Positions 14,719 to 27,416 of a stretch of 64,000 bases of DNA are shown piece after piece; the stretch's first letter is position 1, and each line of letters begins with the position of its first letter. Source of the DNA: Camelus ferus (Eukaryota); the NCBI RefSeq assembly GCF_009834535.1, contig NC_045729.1, forward strand, positions 19,096,001 to 19,160,000. The letters are read 5' to 3'. The position numbers and the translations under genes were made by a program. The notes beneath the pieces are model-generated. The model was not told the origin of the DNA, did not search any database, and saw nothing but the letters and a program-made list of their open reading frames with translations.

Positions 14719-15869
14719 GAGAGCCTCCAGCCGATGGAGGGCTGCGGCGGGCACGACCCCTGGGCTCCAGTGTTCTCCCCGATGCACCTCCAGCAGGAAG
14801 CCTCTGCGGGCTGCAGGACTCTGCCTTCTGGGGAACAGAGCCTGTCCACCATGCCCCCAACTTCATGTGTACCCCAGGCTCCCAGAGACGCTGCTGAAAG
14901 CCTCAGTTGTTCTGTCTTCCTTGGAGGACCCTCTCATGGCAGGCGGGAGGACTAAGAGTGGTGGGTCCAGCAGGGAGGGCATGGGGATCCAGCTCCCAGG
15001 GACAGACGAGGTGTGGGGAGGGAGAAGGGGTGCAGGGTTGGGGTGGGGGAGGCGCTGGAAGAAACGTGGTCAAGACAAAGTCACCTCTGCTCTCGTAACC
15101 CATTTGGAGCAAGACTGAGATGCTCAGAACACAGGAAGCTTTTTAGGCAAAAATAACCTCTATTCCACCCTTCTCTGGGCCATTTGATGTCCAGACAAAG
15201 ACCAGAAGCAACCCCAATGGGGCTTGGGGGAGCAGAGTTCAGGCCCAGGCTGTGCTAGAGGATGGGGCATCAGGTCTGAGAGAGGCCACTAGGCCTCGGT
15301 GGAGGGGACAGGAGAACAAAGTGGGACTCAAGGTAAAAGTCACAGCATCATCTTGGGGCATGGGCCCTGTGCGACTGATGACCCCAGAGGCCTCAGCCTT
15401 GGTGGCAGAGGGACCAGAGACACGTGGCCTCAGATGGAGGCAGGCAAGCCTCAGGGGTCAGAAGGGTGCTGTCCAGCTGGGGTGGAGAGTCCAGGGGAGG
15501 GGCAGTGGGGCGTGTCCAGAGAGGGAGCAGTGGCCGGGGCCCGCCTCCCCTCCCCCGCCCCATCACAGCCACTGCTGGGCTTCTCCTGGCCTTGGCCCAT
15601 TGCCTACTTTGCCCGCTTTCTCAAGCCCTGCAAGAATCACCTGGGACTCACCACCACCAGGTTCCAGTCCTGGTTTAACTGCGAATTAGTTGTGCCCCAT
15701 GGGAAGGTCGTCCCTCCCTGTCCTCATCTGCACCGTGGGAGCCCCTGGGGCATAAAGAAGAGGAATAAGTGAAAGAAGCAGGTGAAGTAGCTGCAAAGTG
15801 CCCGGCCCAGGGTAGGCCCGCCCTAAACGCAGCTGTCCATCTTCACCCACGGGAAAAAGGAATACACTT

Positions 15870-16155
15870 CTAGTGGAAGACACGGGACACAAAAAGCTGC
15901 GAATCGTGTGATCCGTTTCTGTGACTCCTCCAGAGCAGGCGAATCCGTGGAGACAGAAGGTGAACTGGTGAGTCAGTGGTGGCCAGGTGCTGGGGGCATC
16001 GTCGGCACTGGCTGCCTCACGGCGCTGGGTTTTCTCTTGCGGTGACGCGAATAGTCTAGAACTAGATAGACCTGGTGGTCGCACAACAAAACACCACTGG
16101 ATTGTACACTTTACTGGAGGTCAGTTTCATGTGAATTGCATCTCAATTAAAAGTA
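15870..16155 (+). mobile_element. L1MB/L1MC-type 3' end
   Basis: gtggagacagaaggt...tctagaactagatag...tgtgaattgcatctcaattaaaa. Confidence 0.6.
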
Positions 16156-17516
16156 GAGTAAATAGGGTATGTATAGAGAGTTTCCAAAGTTCCTTCTAGT
16201 CCCGAATCTACAATTCTGTGCTACGGTCCTTCTCCCCACGGCTTGGGGGCCGGTGGGGAGGCCCGGAGCGGAGGGGTGCAGGAGAGTCTCCCGAAAGCTC
16301 CGGCTGGGGGTGATGCTGGAACACGCCCATTCTCCCCACGCTGGGTTGGGGATGACAGTGGGAAGGAGGGGGTCCTTTCCTCGGGTCCCAGCAGGGCAGA
16401 GCGGGGCAGGCCGCTGGGAAGCCAGTGTTTGAATGGTGACTGAGCCCCCTGGAGTGGTGATCTGCTCCAGGCCATGGAGCCAGGCCGTCTCTGCCATCCT
16501 GGTGCAGCCAGGACTCCAGGGCATGTGCTGTCATCCCGCCCGTCATGCCTGGGTCTCATCACGCGCGCCAAGAGAAGCCCAGGGGATACTAAGAGGGTTA
16601 ATATGAAGTTTGGGGTTGGGGGGTGGGAGGGAGGAGGTCATTGGAATCTTCAGAGAAATCCTCCCACTCTCTGGCCTGGATCTGGGAGGGCAGAGAGGCA
16701 AGCACAGACGCCCGCCTTGCCCACCCAGGCCAGCCTCCCGGATCCCAGCACAGAGGCTTGAGGGTTGCTTCTGGGTCCTCCCCTCCCCTCCTTAACCTCC
16801 CTCTACCTCAGCAGGCTTGGTCTCACCCGTCGGTGGCTGAGGCCAGGTTAGGTTCCTGAGCGGCTGGGGCCTGAGGAAGGGCAGGGGCTGGTGAGGCTGT
16901 AAGCCGGGGTCTGGAAGCCCCTAGGGGAGGTGCAGGGCCAGCCAGTCATGCATCTCATCTGGCTGTCTGCAGGGTGGTCCCCTCTAATTGCCGGGACTTA
17001 CCACTGCTCCCTGAGTCAGAGCCACGATCCTCTGCCCAGGTCCCTCCCTGGGGCCCAGGCCGCCCGGATTCACCTCTGCCCTCCCCGGGCCCTGCTGGCC
17101 TCTGGTTTCCACTCCCCGCTGACCCACTTGCTCGAGCCCTTGGCCTTCCTGTTTCTCTTCCACCTCTGAGCCTCCCCTGGTCGTGCCGTCCCCTCAGCCA
17201 CATACACCTCCTCACCCAATAGAAATAGCTGCCATTGCCCATTGCCCATTACATGTAGTGATTTCTGCGACTATTCCCAGAGCTGCCCAGCTCATGTTCG
17301 TCTCAAGCCGACACACTCGCTGCAGGTCCTGGGGCAGGGCCTCCCAAAGGCCCGCCTGTAAGACAAAGCTGCTGCCTCCTGGCGCTGCTCACATTCCAGG
17401 TGGGAGCTCTGAAGTGTGGCTTCCCTAAGCCCAGTATGGCTTCCACTGGGCGGCCACTGACCACTGACCCTAGTCAGCACCACAGGCTTCCAGGACAACA
17501 GTCGGTGGCTTCTTCC

Positions 17517-17677
17517 TTTTTTTTTTTTTTAAAGGTTTTTTTTTTTTTTTGGAATTTTTTTAGCAGGGAGGGAGGTAATTATGTCAATTTATGTATTTAT
17601 TTATTTAATGGGGGTACTGGGACTTGAACCCAGGACCTCGTGCATGCTAAGCATGAACTCTACCCCCGGACCCTCCC
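17517..17677 (-). mobile_element. Vic-1-like SINE
   Basis: Poly-T, ggtaatta, gaacccaggacctcgtgcatgctaagc; small deletion in the head. Confidence 0.82.
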
Positions 17678-18496
17678 ACCAGATTGCACATTGTTTCAGT
17701 TTTACGGGTGAGGAAGTGGATTCCAAAGGTCCAACACCTCACGCAGTCACCCAGCCAGCAGGTGATGGAGCTGGAGCGCCTGACTGGGCCTGTCTGAGGC
17801 CGATATCCTGTGCTCAGCCTGCTTTCATCCACAGAGGCAAACACTCCACCTGTCTGTGCCTTGGTCTTGTTGTCCATGAAATAGAAGAAAATCAAATGTA
17901 GAGGGTGGCCCCAGCCTGGTGGTCTTTAGAAGATCTAGCCTTTTGAGGGCCGAGGTAGTGTGATACATTTCAAGACTGGCACAGGCCTTCTGGGAGCCTT
18001 GCTGGACAGGAGAATTCTGGAAAACAGCTTCATTCCTGTCTTCAGCAGATCTGACGGGGCCAGAGGAGAAAGCCTGAAATAGCGCTGGCTGCCCTCACCC
18101 TCCACAGGCTCAGGGGAGCTGTTTGTTTAGCTCTGAATAGCCCACTCTGAAGAATATTCTGGGAATGTCCTTATGTGGCAGGGCCTTTGACCAGACGATT
18201 TCCCAGTGCCAAATGAACCCTCCACCCGATCCCTGACATCAGCGATGAGAACGGCACTGTTCAGCCTCTTTCTTCTGGAAACGTGTAAAGATATTTAAAG
18301 GCATGAAAGGTTATCCCGAGGAAGGTGGGACAGTATTCACTTCCATCTCTACTGAGAATTGGACAAGAGGGCAGGGATTCTGAATACAGCTACAGGGATT
18401 TAGGTTAGATATCAGGAAGAACTTCCTGATAAAGTGAAGAGAGGCTGGAGTCGATTATGCCAGGTCCCAGGGAACAAGCTATGAATCTATTTAGAT

Positions 18497-18810
18497 CAGT
18501 GCAATCCAACAGAAATATAATGGAGCCATACATGTAACTTCAAAAGTTTTAGTTGCCATATTAAAAAGGCAAAAAGAAGCAGGTGATGTTAATTTTTATA
18601 ACATGATTTATTTAACCCAACAGATCCAAAATATTATAAATATTAAAATACTATAATCAACATAAAAATAATGAATGAGATAGTTCAAACTGTTTTTTGG
18701 GATTATTTTCACAATCAAGTGTGTATTTCACACTTACAGCATGTCTCAGTTCAAACCTGCCACGTCTGCGGTGCTCAGTCAGCACTTGTGGCCAGTGGCT
18801 ACTGTAGCCC
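18497..18810 (+). mobile_element. MER33 (hAT-Charlie)
   Basis: cagtgcaatccaacagaaatataatggagccatac...gtgtgtatttcacacttacagca...gtggccagtggctact. Confidence 0.75.
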
Positions 18811-19249
18811 TCAGCCTGAGCCTGAAATTGCTAAAGACTGTCAACACCCAATGGCAGATCCAAGGTGTGGCCTGGTTTTACCTAAAGGCAGAAAGTTCTC
18901 TAGAAGGCCTGAGGACCTATGAGGGTGAAGGTCAGGAGAGCCTTACCTTCTGGATGCCTCCCAGCCTTCCCTGTTGCCCTCCCCGGCAATTCCTAGAACC
19001 CACCCAGCAGTGCTCTGTGCTCCCTTTCAGTAGAGGGAACCCTGATCCCCCATCTGTCAGATGCAGGGTTTGATGACTTGTTTCCCCTGGCGGGAAGAGC
19101 ACCGCCCAAGGGAGCAAGGAAAAGGGTTCTGTCCTGGGGTGGACGAGTTGCTCTGTTCTCTCCACAGCAGGACACAATGCCCTTTACCCTGGACAGTCCA
19201 ACATCTAGAATTAGACGTCCAAGATCAAGGTGTTGGCAGGACTGGTCTC

Positions 19250-19299
19250 TCCCTTCCTCCCTCCCTCCCTTCCCTCCTTCCTCCCTCCCTCCCTCCTCC
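19250..19299 (+). repeat. (CCCT/CCTT)n polypyrimidine tract
   Basis: Direct inspection. Confidence 0.85.
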
Positions 19300-19301
19300 A
19301 C

Positions 19302-19575
19302 TTTCTTTCTTACTGAAGTAGAGTTGATTTACAATGTTGTGTCAGTTTCTGATGTACAGCAGAGTGATTCAGTTATACACATACATATATATTCTTTTTC
19401 AGATTCTTTTCCATTACAGGTTCTTACAAGATACTGAATATAGTTCCCTGTGCTCTACAGCAGGACCTTGTTGTTTATCTATTCTGTACATAGTAGTTTC
19501 TATCTGCTAATCCTAAACTCATAATTTATCCCTCCCCAACGCTTTCCCCTTTGGTAACTGTAATCTGTATGTTTG
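19302..19575 (-). mobile_element. L1 3' end, cetartiodactyl/laurasiatherian type
   Basis: tgaagtagagttgatttacaatgttgtgt...gtgattcagttatacac...gaatatagttccctgtgct...ttcccctttggtaac. Confidence 0.78.
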
Positions 19576-20039
19576 AATTTTCATATTTTTTAAGCACCAG
19601 GACTCCAGGAGCCTTACATAAAGGAGAGGGGGAAGCTTGGGCCCTACTTGTGGGGAGATTCAGAGCTGCTCTGGCCCCCTGGAATCCAGAACCCAGAATA
19701 AATGAGCTAAGGACACTGAAAGGCTGAGGCCCAGAAAGGGGGAGGCCCTCCTGTTGAGGGAGAAGATGTGAGGCTGCCCTTCTCTGTTTTGAACCTAGTA
19801 TTGGCCTGTACCCCAAGCCTGGGGCTGAAGAGCACCCCAGGTGGACACAGTGGGGCAACCCGGGAGACTGGGAGGGTGTGCGCACGCACACACGCGCACA
19901 CACACACACACACACACTCCTGCATCCCACACATGCCCCAGGCACGCAGGCTGCCGCCCCCGCGCACTGACACACACCTCCTTTCAGACAACCTGGCACG
20001 GACATCCTGACAGTTTACAGCTGCCGGCACACCCCCGCA

Positions 20040-20047
20040 TACACACA

Positions 20048-20086
<39 letters not shown>
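20040..20086 (+). repeat. (CA)n microsatellite upstream of NRIP2
   Basis: About 18 uninterrupted CA units from 20050; a second mixed CA/CG tract at 19876-19918. Confidence 0.95.
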
Positions 20087-20087
<1 letters not shown>

Positions 20088-20328
20088 CGCTGCCACCGCC
20101 CACTCCTGCCAGGACCCCGTCAGGAGACGCCACAGAGCCCGCCGGCCCTCCCTCTCCTCCAGCGCTGGGTTTTTCCAGCCGGAGCCCTGCTCCCTCTGCT
20201 GCGATCTCTGGAAACTGGTGTCTGACGCGGCTGCTCCTGCATCTTACTTATTTATTTCCTCTTCTCTTCCCACCGCCGCCTGAGACCCCCTGGTTGAGAG
20301 CTGCAGCTGGGGAAGGGAGGCAGAGAGG

Positions 20329-20547
20329 ATGGAGGGGAGGACCACCGCAGGGGCCATGAGCACCAGGCCGGAGGCCCCGAGGGAGGAGGGAGACTCCGGG
20401 AGCGGGGGACGGGAGGCAGAGCTGCGGGGCCGAGCCCAGCTGAGCCAGCAGCGCCGGCTCAGACAGGCCACCCAGTTCCTGCACAAGGACTCGGCCGACC
20501 TGCTCCCCCTGGACAGCCTCAAGAGGCTCGGCACCTCCAAGGACTGG
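20329..20547 (+). CDS. NRIP2: NRIP2 exon 1, coding part
   Basis: ATG 20329 or 20356 (gccATG); GACTGG|gtgagg. Confidence 0.88.
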
Positions 20548-23500
20548 GTGAGGCAGCCCTCTCCCCCCAACCCCTGGGAAGCTCGGGTCCCCCCACCTCC
20601 TCCCCCAGGAAGGTGCAGACCCCAAGCCTGCACACCCACCTCCCTGCCCAGTCCCTCCTGGAGGGCTCACCTTGGCCATGGCCAAGCTCCTCACAGGGGC
20701 TGCTCCCTCGGCTTGGTGGCTCTGGCGGACCCTTTCTCATTGCTCAGCTCCCCCAGAGAGCCCAAGGCTTGTCTGTGCTGGTTAGAGCCGAGGCTTCCGG
20801 GGACTGGGAGCCTCCTGGAGCAGAGCAGCCTGGAGGACTGGCCAGTTTAGGGTTGCGGCTTCCCTCTGCCCCAAACCACAGGTCCCCAAACACAAGGTCT
20901 GGGTGTTGATTGCTTTCCCCCTCGTCCTTGCCAGAACCCAGGGTCTCACCTGGCTCCCGCCTGGGGCGCTGGGCCTCCTGAGGGCCCCGGAGCGCCTTCC
21001 CTCCCGGGGGCAGGGGCCCTTCCAGCTCCTTTCCCTCATCCCCCTGCAGCAGCCACAGCCGCTGAGGGGTGGGTGGGTTGGGGGCAGCTGCGTTTACTCA
21101 TTCCCCATGGAGAGAGGGAGGGGCTGAGAGGTGGCTGCTTCGGAGCCAGGGTGCTTGGGCTCAGACCCTGGCTCTGGCCTTTAGCAACGTGGGAAACAAT
21201 GCAACTCTGTCTCTGAGCCTCGGTTTCTTCATCTGTTACATGAGGATAAAATGAACAGCATCTGCCTCGTAGGGCTGCTGTGGGGTGCAGGAGCTGATTC
21301 CTGGAAAGGACTCAGAACGGTGCCTGGCTAACAGGAAGCACCGTCTAAAGACAGTTACTCCTCCAGCTTCTATTCCATTTGGCCTGAGAAAGTAAGCTCC
21401 TCAGGGTCCCGAGAAGGTGGAATGGCTCTGGCCTCTGGCTCAGGCAAGGAGCCAGGCTTTGGCAGGAAGGTTTGGGAGCACCCAACTCCCTCCTTCATCT
21501 CCTGGTCAGGGGTCTGAGAGGACGGACTCCTGAAACCTAAGAGGCATGAACCATTTCCGGGAGCCTCGGCCACTCCTGCAGGCCCTCTCCCTGGAAACCT
21601 GGAGCCAGATGCAGCCCCTCACTGCCTTCCTGAACCAGCCCTGCCTTTCCTTATTCGTCCCAGGAACCACCCCACACACACACACACCCAGCAGCCCCCC
21701 ACCAAGGGGAAAAGTGACCAGAATGAGATCTCAATTCAGAGAACCTCCTTGCAAACAGCCAGCACAGCTGAGAAAATGACGGATCTGGGAAGCAGGTTCC
21801 TTGGCTTTCAGTGGCTAGGAAATTACAGCCTCCACCCTCCTGGGCCCATCCTATGTCTGTGTGGCCCTGGGGAAGATGCTCTATCAACACTGCCATCCCC
21901 TGAGCTCTCCCAACTCCGGTAGTCACCTTATGTGGCTTAGGGAGTGAGGACACAGCAGTTGGGAGGAGCCAAGTCCCCGTCCCTGGGACAGCTCTGGGGC
22001 AAACTGCAGAGTGTGTGTGTTGGGGGGGGGTTCGGGGGGGGCTGGGTCTGAGCCTACATCCTTCGTGGGAAAGGTGGGAGGAGAGCTGGGAACCACAGAG
22101 CTCACTGCCCTTTTCCCAGAGCTGGATCCCCTGCTGGCAGCCTCAAGGGCCTCATTAAGCCAAGGGTAGAAAAACAATCCCAGGCTCCCAAGGAGAGAGG
22201 GCAGGTGGGGAAGCATGCGTGGAGGCCAGGGGGAAACAGTCACTGTTCAGTAAGCATGTATTGAGTGCCTACTATAAAGCCGAGCCGAGCCCTGGGATAG
22301 AAAGAGGGATGAGGTGCAGACCTGACCTCAAGGGCAGATTATATCTGTGGGAAGCAGGGCAAAGGCGGCCAAGAGATGAATGGGATGCTGCCCTGCTGGT
22401 GTGTGGAGGGAAGAGGACAAAGAGGTCAGAGCGGGCTTCCTGGACGAGGCACTCCCAGCATGAACCTGGACTGTCAGACTTAAAAGAAAAACCTCTCTCC
22501 AAATAAAGAGCAGACCCTGAACAAGTGTGTTGAGCCAGTCACCCAGTCAGGCCTGGAGAAGGGTGAGAAGAGGCTTCAGGAGGAGGGGTGAGCAGGGGCA
22601 GAGGCATGGAGGCGAAGGGCAGCCTGGGCCGGGCAGAGCGAGCAGGGGCGCTGGGGCAGATGTGCAGTGGTCAGGTCACCTGGGCTGTCACCACCAGGTA
22701 AGCAAGGTGGGGAGGTGGGGCTCTGATGCATTTTAAGCAGGGGAGAGACCACCGTAGTTCGGAGTGTTTCTTTGTGCTCCTCAAACTTCAGCGTGCACCC
22801 GGGCCATCGGGGCCTCTTGCTAAGCAAGCTTCTGGTTCAGTAGGTCACGAATTGCACTGCTAACAGGCCTTCAAGTGACACTGAAGGTGCTGATTTGAGC
22901 GCTGCACTTAGAGTCCAAAGAATTTTAGGGACTCACTTGCTTTGAGCAGGTGGATTTGAGAGGCGGGTTCTTATGTACTTAGGAGGTGTCTGGGGACCCA
23001 GGAGAGCTGTGCTGACGTGAGAACAGAGCAGTGACAGAAAGGGGCGGGAGGACTATTACCACATGAGGTGAAACTGGTGGAATTCAGGAAGTGGCTGGAC
23101 AGGGCTGGGGGGTCTGCGGGGGGAGGAAACTGCGGGTGACTCCCGACTTCTTAGTTTAGGAAACTTGGACTTTTTTCCTTTATTGTTTGTTCCTGTTACT
23201 TTGACTTCTTTTCATCACATCATTAACCCTGGGATCTGCACCCCACAGAAGGGTGGGGTCCGAAGAAGAAAAAAAGAAAGTGTGTCCCCAGAAATATGTG
23301 TTGTAGACCCGAGACAGAATTCCTCACACCTCCCCTCATAATACTATTGCCTGAAATGTCCCGCCAGCCAATAGGTCAGTCTAACCTAGACAGACCATTT
23401 CTCCATTGCTGAGCTATCTATTGGGGTCCCGGAAAAACAGCACGATTTGATACTGGGGTTCACTCGGCTGTAACGGTCTGACTGCTGGGATCCTCGGGGA

Positions 23501-26049
23501 ATCTCGCTCCCAAGAAACTCCAGACTGGGCAGGGCTGGGGAGAAGAGCCTGCGATTTGTGCGGGGTCGGGGGAGGGGGGCGGAATGAGCAGCCTGCACAC
23601 CTGCGCTTAGCATCTTCATTGCTTTCTGATGGAGCCAGCAGCCACACAGTGTGATCCAGAGACGCCTGGTGGAGGGGACCCAGAGTCATGCTCAGGGGGA
23701 GTCTCCCCTGGTGCAGGCCCTGATTCACGGCCAGGAGGGCAGGAGGAGGACCAGCAAGACAGAGAGGCCAGCTCTTCTGGTCAACTGCAAGGTGAGACAG
23801 CCTCCTGGGACCGGCTCCCCTCACCCACCCTCCTTCCCGCCTGGTAGTGGGGGAAGAGCGGGGAGCTAAGGCACCACCACCCCCAGCCTGGGTCTGGAAT
23901 TTTTTCACTCCTTACCTCACGGGCCTTCCCTTTGCACGACTCCCTTCCCTTGATCCAAGTAGAATCTTTAAAGGTTGAGTGTGTGCCACACACAAGGGCA
24001 TGCACAGGTGGGTAAGGCAGCCCCTCCCAGGAAAGTACATGTGCTCTCGGGAGCTGTCCAACCCCCCAGGCAACACAGAGCCCCTCCTGACACGAGCCGG
24101 CTCCCGCTGCCCGTCTTTGCTCAGCGCCCCCTCCACCTGCTGACCTTCATCCTGTGTCCACGTTCCGTGATCCTTCAAGCCTCAGATGTCCCCTCCTCCT
24201 TGAAAGCTCTCCTGACTTCCCTAGCAGAAGAGCCTTTCCTCCCTCTCAACATCTCAGGCTCTTTACTCACAACCCACAGACCTTACAACTCCCTCCCGTG
24301 CACCAGTGACCACACCCCCACCCTCCTAGAGAGCAGCCTTCCACAACAGGTCTCCCGCACAGCGGGTGCTCAGCGAACGAGTGCAATGAGAAAATGACAT
24401 GGTTTGTGGTACCCAAGTGCAAACTAAAACGTCTGTATTTATCTAAAAGGAAGCAACTGGCCTTCCTTTGCCTGCAGGGGTGAGCCTCTGCTACCAGCAT
24501 CTAACGTTCTAGTGGGGACCACGCCTTCCCATCCTCCTTCATTCCCAATCCGGTTCCCTTAATCCTCCCTTAACTGGAGGCCCTGGGCCTCCCAAGCACC
24601 CCTCCACTTCCAGTCGAACCCTTCCCAGATGCAGGCACTCGCCTCGTGTGGCTCCACTTCCTTTCCTGATTCGGTATCTGACCGAGCTCTGCCTCAACCG
24701 TGAGTCCCGTAAGCGTCACTTTTAAAGAGTCAGTTGCTTCTCTTCACTCACTTCTGAAAGGGACTCATCAGGGGCTGGGAAAGGTGACAGAGCCAGCGCC
24801 CAGCCCATTCTCCCGGGGACTCACCGAGTGCCCCCTCCCCTTTCTCAGTGCCAGGACCAGGTACTTAGGGTGGCCGTGGACACTGGCACCGACTACAATC
24901 AGATCTCCGCGGGATGCCTCAGCCGCCTGGGGTGAGTGAGGCCCAAAAGCATGGATGCGGGGCTTCTTTTTGGGGTGAAAATATTCTGAAATTAGAGTGA
25001 TGGTTCCTAACTCTGTTTTATACTTTAAAAGGGTGACTTTCATGGTATATGAACTGTATCTCAATAAAGCTGTTATTTAAAAAAAAAAGAATTGATGGGG
25101 CTCTGGCAGAGAAGACAGGATTTAGACCCCATGTGGGACCAGCAGTTGGCTAAGAACCCAAGTGTGGTGGGGAGGGACATTAGCTGGAGGGGTGGGGGTG
25201 GGGGGTGGGGGCTGTGGTGGCCACAAGCCTTGCTTCCTGACCACAGGTTAGGGAAGAGGGCCCTAAAAGCCCCAGGTGGGGACCTGGCCCCTGGGCCCCC
25301 AGCCCAGGTGGAGCAGCTGGAGCTACAGCTAGGCCAGGAGACTGTGGCATGCTCCGCTCGGGTGGTGGGTAAGTCCTCTCCCCATTGGCAGCCCAGCGTC
25401 CCACCTCTCCTACGTTCCTCTCCTGGGGGGGCAAAGGCAGAGCCTCTCACCCCTGCCAGCACCAGACGAAATGTCCCCAAAGATGTGCTCGTCATCCTCA
25501 AGATTCTCAGGCCTGGGAGGGGTGGGCAGAGAGGGGGCGAGGGCTGACGGGACAGCAGTGACCTGGGGGCACCCTCCAGCTTCTTGTTTTCAAATGGTTC
25601 CTGCAGATGTGGAGAGTCCTGAACTCTGTCTTGGGCTGCAAACTCTGCTCGCTCTCAAGGTAAGGAGGATGCTTACACTGGCAGCCACACCGGGGACCTG
25701 ACCCAGAGGGCTGGGAAAAAGAGATAGAGGAGACACAGGTGTGGATGCTCGGGTTGGCCTCTGATGAGACTTGGAGATGTGGGATTTCACTCTCACTTCC
25801 TTGGAGGTTCCTTATTTGCCCACAAGTAACCGATACGGAGAACTGGGTCCCTCCCAGACAGACAGCAGTCCAGGTGAAAGGAAACGGGGAGGAACAGGGA
25901 GCAGGGGGTGGGAAGGGGAGGCGGTTAACCGCCAGTAAGCGCACCTCCCCCTGCAGTGCTGCATCGACCTGGAACGCGGCGTGCTGCGGCTGAGAGCCCC
26001 CTTCTCTGAGCTGCCTTTCCTGCCTCTGCACCCAGAGCCTGGCCAGTGA
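20329..26049 (+). CDS. NRIP2: Nuclear receptor-interacting protein 2: join(20329..20547,23639..23791,24849..24931,25247..25368,25607..25659,25957..26049), 240 aa (231 aa from ATG 20356)
   Basis: LSQQRRLRQATQFLHKDSADLLPLDSLKRLGTSKD; aspartic-protease-like VAVDTGT; LQTLL motif; C-terminus CCIDLERGVLRLRAPFSELPFLPLHPEPGQ; all introns GT-AG in phase. Confidence 0.95.
21140..21300 (+). mobile_element. MIR
   Basis: ctctgagcctcggtttcttcatctgttacatgaggataa. Confidence 0.65.
23639..23791 (+). CDS. NRIP2: NRIP2 exon 2
   Basis: QPHSVIQRRLVEG...PALLVNCK|gtgaga; 153 nt. Confidence 0.94.
24849..24931 (+). CDS. NRIP2: NRIP2 exon 3
   Basis: ttctcag|TGCCAG...CTGGG|gtgagt; CQDQVLRVAVDTGTDYNQISAGCLSRLG. Confidence 0.95.
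24955..25090 (+). mobile_element. L1M 3' terminus in NRIP2 intron 3
   Basis: ggggtgaaaatattctgaaattag...gtatatgaactgtatctcAATAAAgctgttattt followed by an A-run. Confidence 0.72.
25247..25368 (+). CDS. NRIP2: NRIP2 exon 4
   Basis: ccacag|GTTAGGG...GTGG|gtaagt; 122 nt. Confidence 0.95.
25607..25659 (+). CDS. NRIP2: NRIP2 exon 5
   Basis: cctgcag|ATGTGG...CTCAAG|gtaagg; DVESPELCLGLQTLLALK. Confidence 0.95.
25957..26049 (+). CDS. NRIP2: NRIP2 exon 6, coding part
   Basis: cctgcag|TGCTGC; TGA at 26047-26049. Confidence 0.95.
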   Translation, partial: CCIDLERGVLRLRAPFSELPFLPLHPEPGQ

Positions 26050-27416
26050 CCGCTGCCCGGCTGGTCCCCAGGGGGAAGCTGCTTGCTTTAGGGGAAGAGC
26101 TGTCAGGGGGATGGGGCATCGCTAGAGCCAGGTAGCTGGGGACTACTGTGTCTGTCCCTTTTGTCACCACCCTGACCCCGCTGTCCCATTGCCCTGCTGG
26201 CCACACTCCTGCTTCTCAGCGCCCATCCCTACCCCCCAGGGAGGAGTGTCTCTAGAGACAGCCTGTGACCTCAGGGTTCGGGTTTCCGTTCAGTCTCACC
26301 CCCTCCCAAGAAGAGCAGAGCCAGAGCTGGTTCTGGGCTGGGCACTGGGCAGGGTAGGAGTGGCCTGAGTCCGCAGCTGCAGCCTGCGGCTGTCCCCTCC
26401 TGCCCCATCCACCCGAACACCCTTGAGGCCTTCACCCCACGTGCTCACGCCACCTTCTGGGGCTGGTCGTCCCCACTGGACGCCCCTCACTGCCCGGGTC
26501 CCTGGCCCTGCTGGGGCCCCCTTTCTGATCTGTGCACGGTGGCCCGCAGGCAAGTGGGACAGAAAGGGTCAGCGCACACGGCAGGGAGTCGGTGGAGGGC
26601 TCAGGCCCAAAGGCCGAGGGCTTTCGCCAGCTGCCTTCTCTGTGGCCGCGCACACCTGGAGCGGTTGTCATTTGATCACCCCGCACAAACACTGGATGTA
26701 CCGTTAAGTTACGCCAGATACTCATCCTCCACCTGCTTCCTCAGCCGCTGGGCCCCTGCACTTTGGGGTGCATGTGAAGAGCCGCCCCCCAGGGCTAACA
26801 GAATGGTGGGATCGTCAGTACCAAGACCCAACCTGACCTGTATTCCTCTTTATTTCTAGACGTTCCACCTCATTAGACCCACCCCTTCCTTCTCTGTGGG
26901 CTCCTCAGCTTCAGCTGGTCTTCTCTGGCATCCGTGGCTTTCTCCCCACCCCTCCACCCCCACCTTGAGCCCAGTAAACACACAAGGAGGCTCTGTGACC
27001 TTTACTGCAGGTGAAGAGAAGAGCCCAGACCTTAAGGGGCCAAGGCCCCGAGCATTTCCGTCTGGCTGGTTCGAATCTCTCTAATCACAGATTAGGGGGA
27101 GATGGAGACAGTGGCGGAACTAACCTGGCTGGGGAACCAGGGCCCTCGGACCTGGAGTAGATCAGATCAGAGAAGAGCCAGGGTTGGCCCCGAGACACCG
27201 GGCCTTACCTTTCTCAGTGGAGTCCCTGTGCCCACGGGCAGGCGAGGGGCTCACTGGCACAGGGGTGAGAGCGCGTGGCCCCTCCCTGCCGGGCTGTGCC
27301 CTCTGCTCTCCTGGGTCTCACCCTGCTCCTCTCCCTTCTGCCTCTCGCCGCTTCTGCAGCTGCAGACCCCAGGCCCAGGGAAGCCTCGGCTCAGCGCTTC
27401 TCTGCTTCTCTATTTG

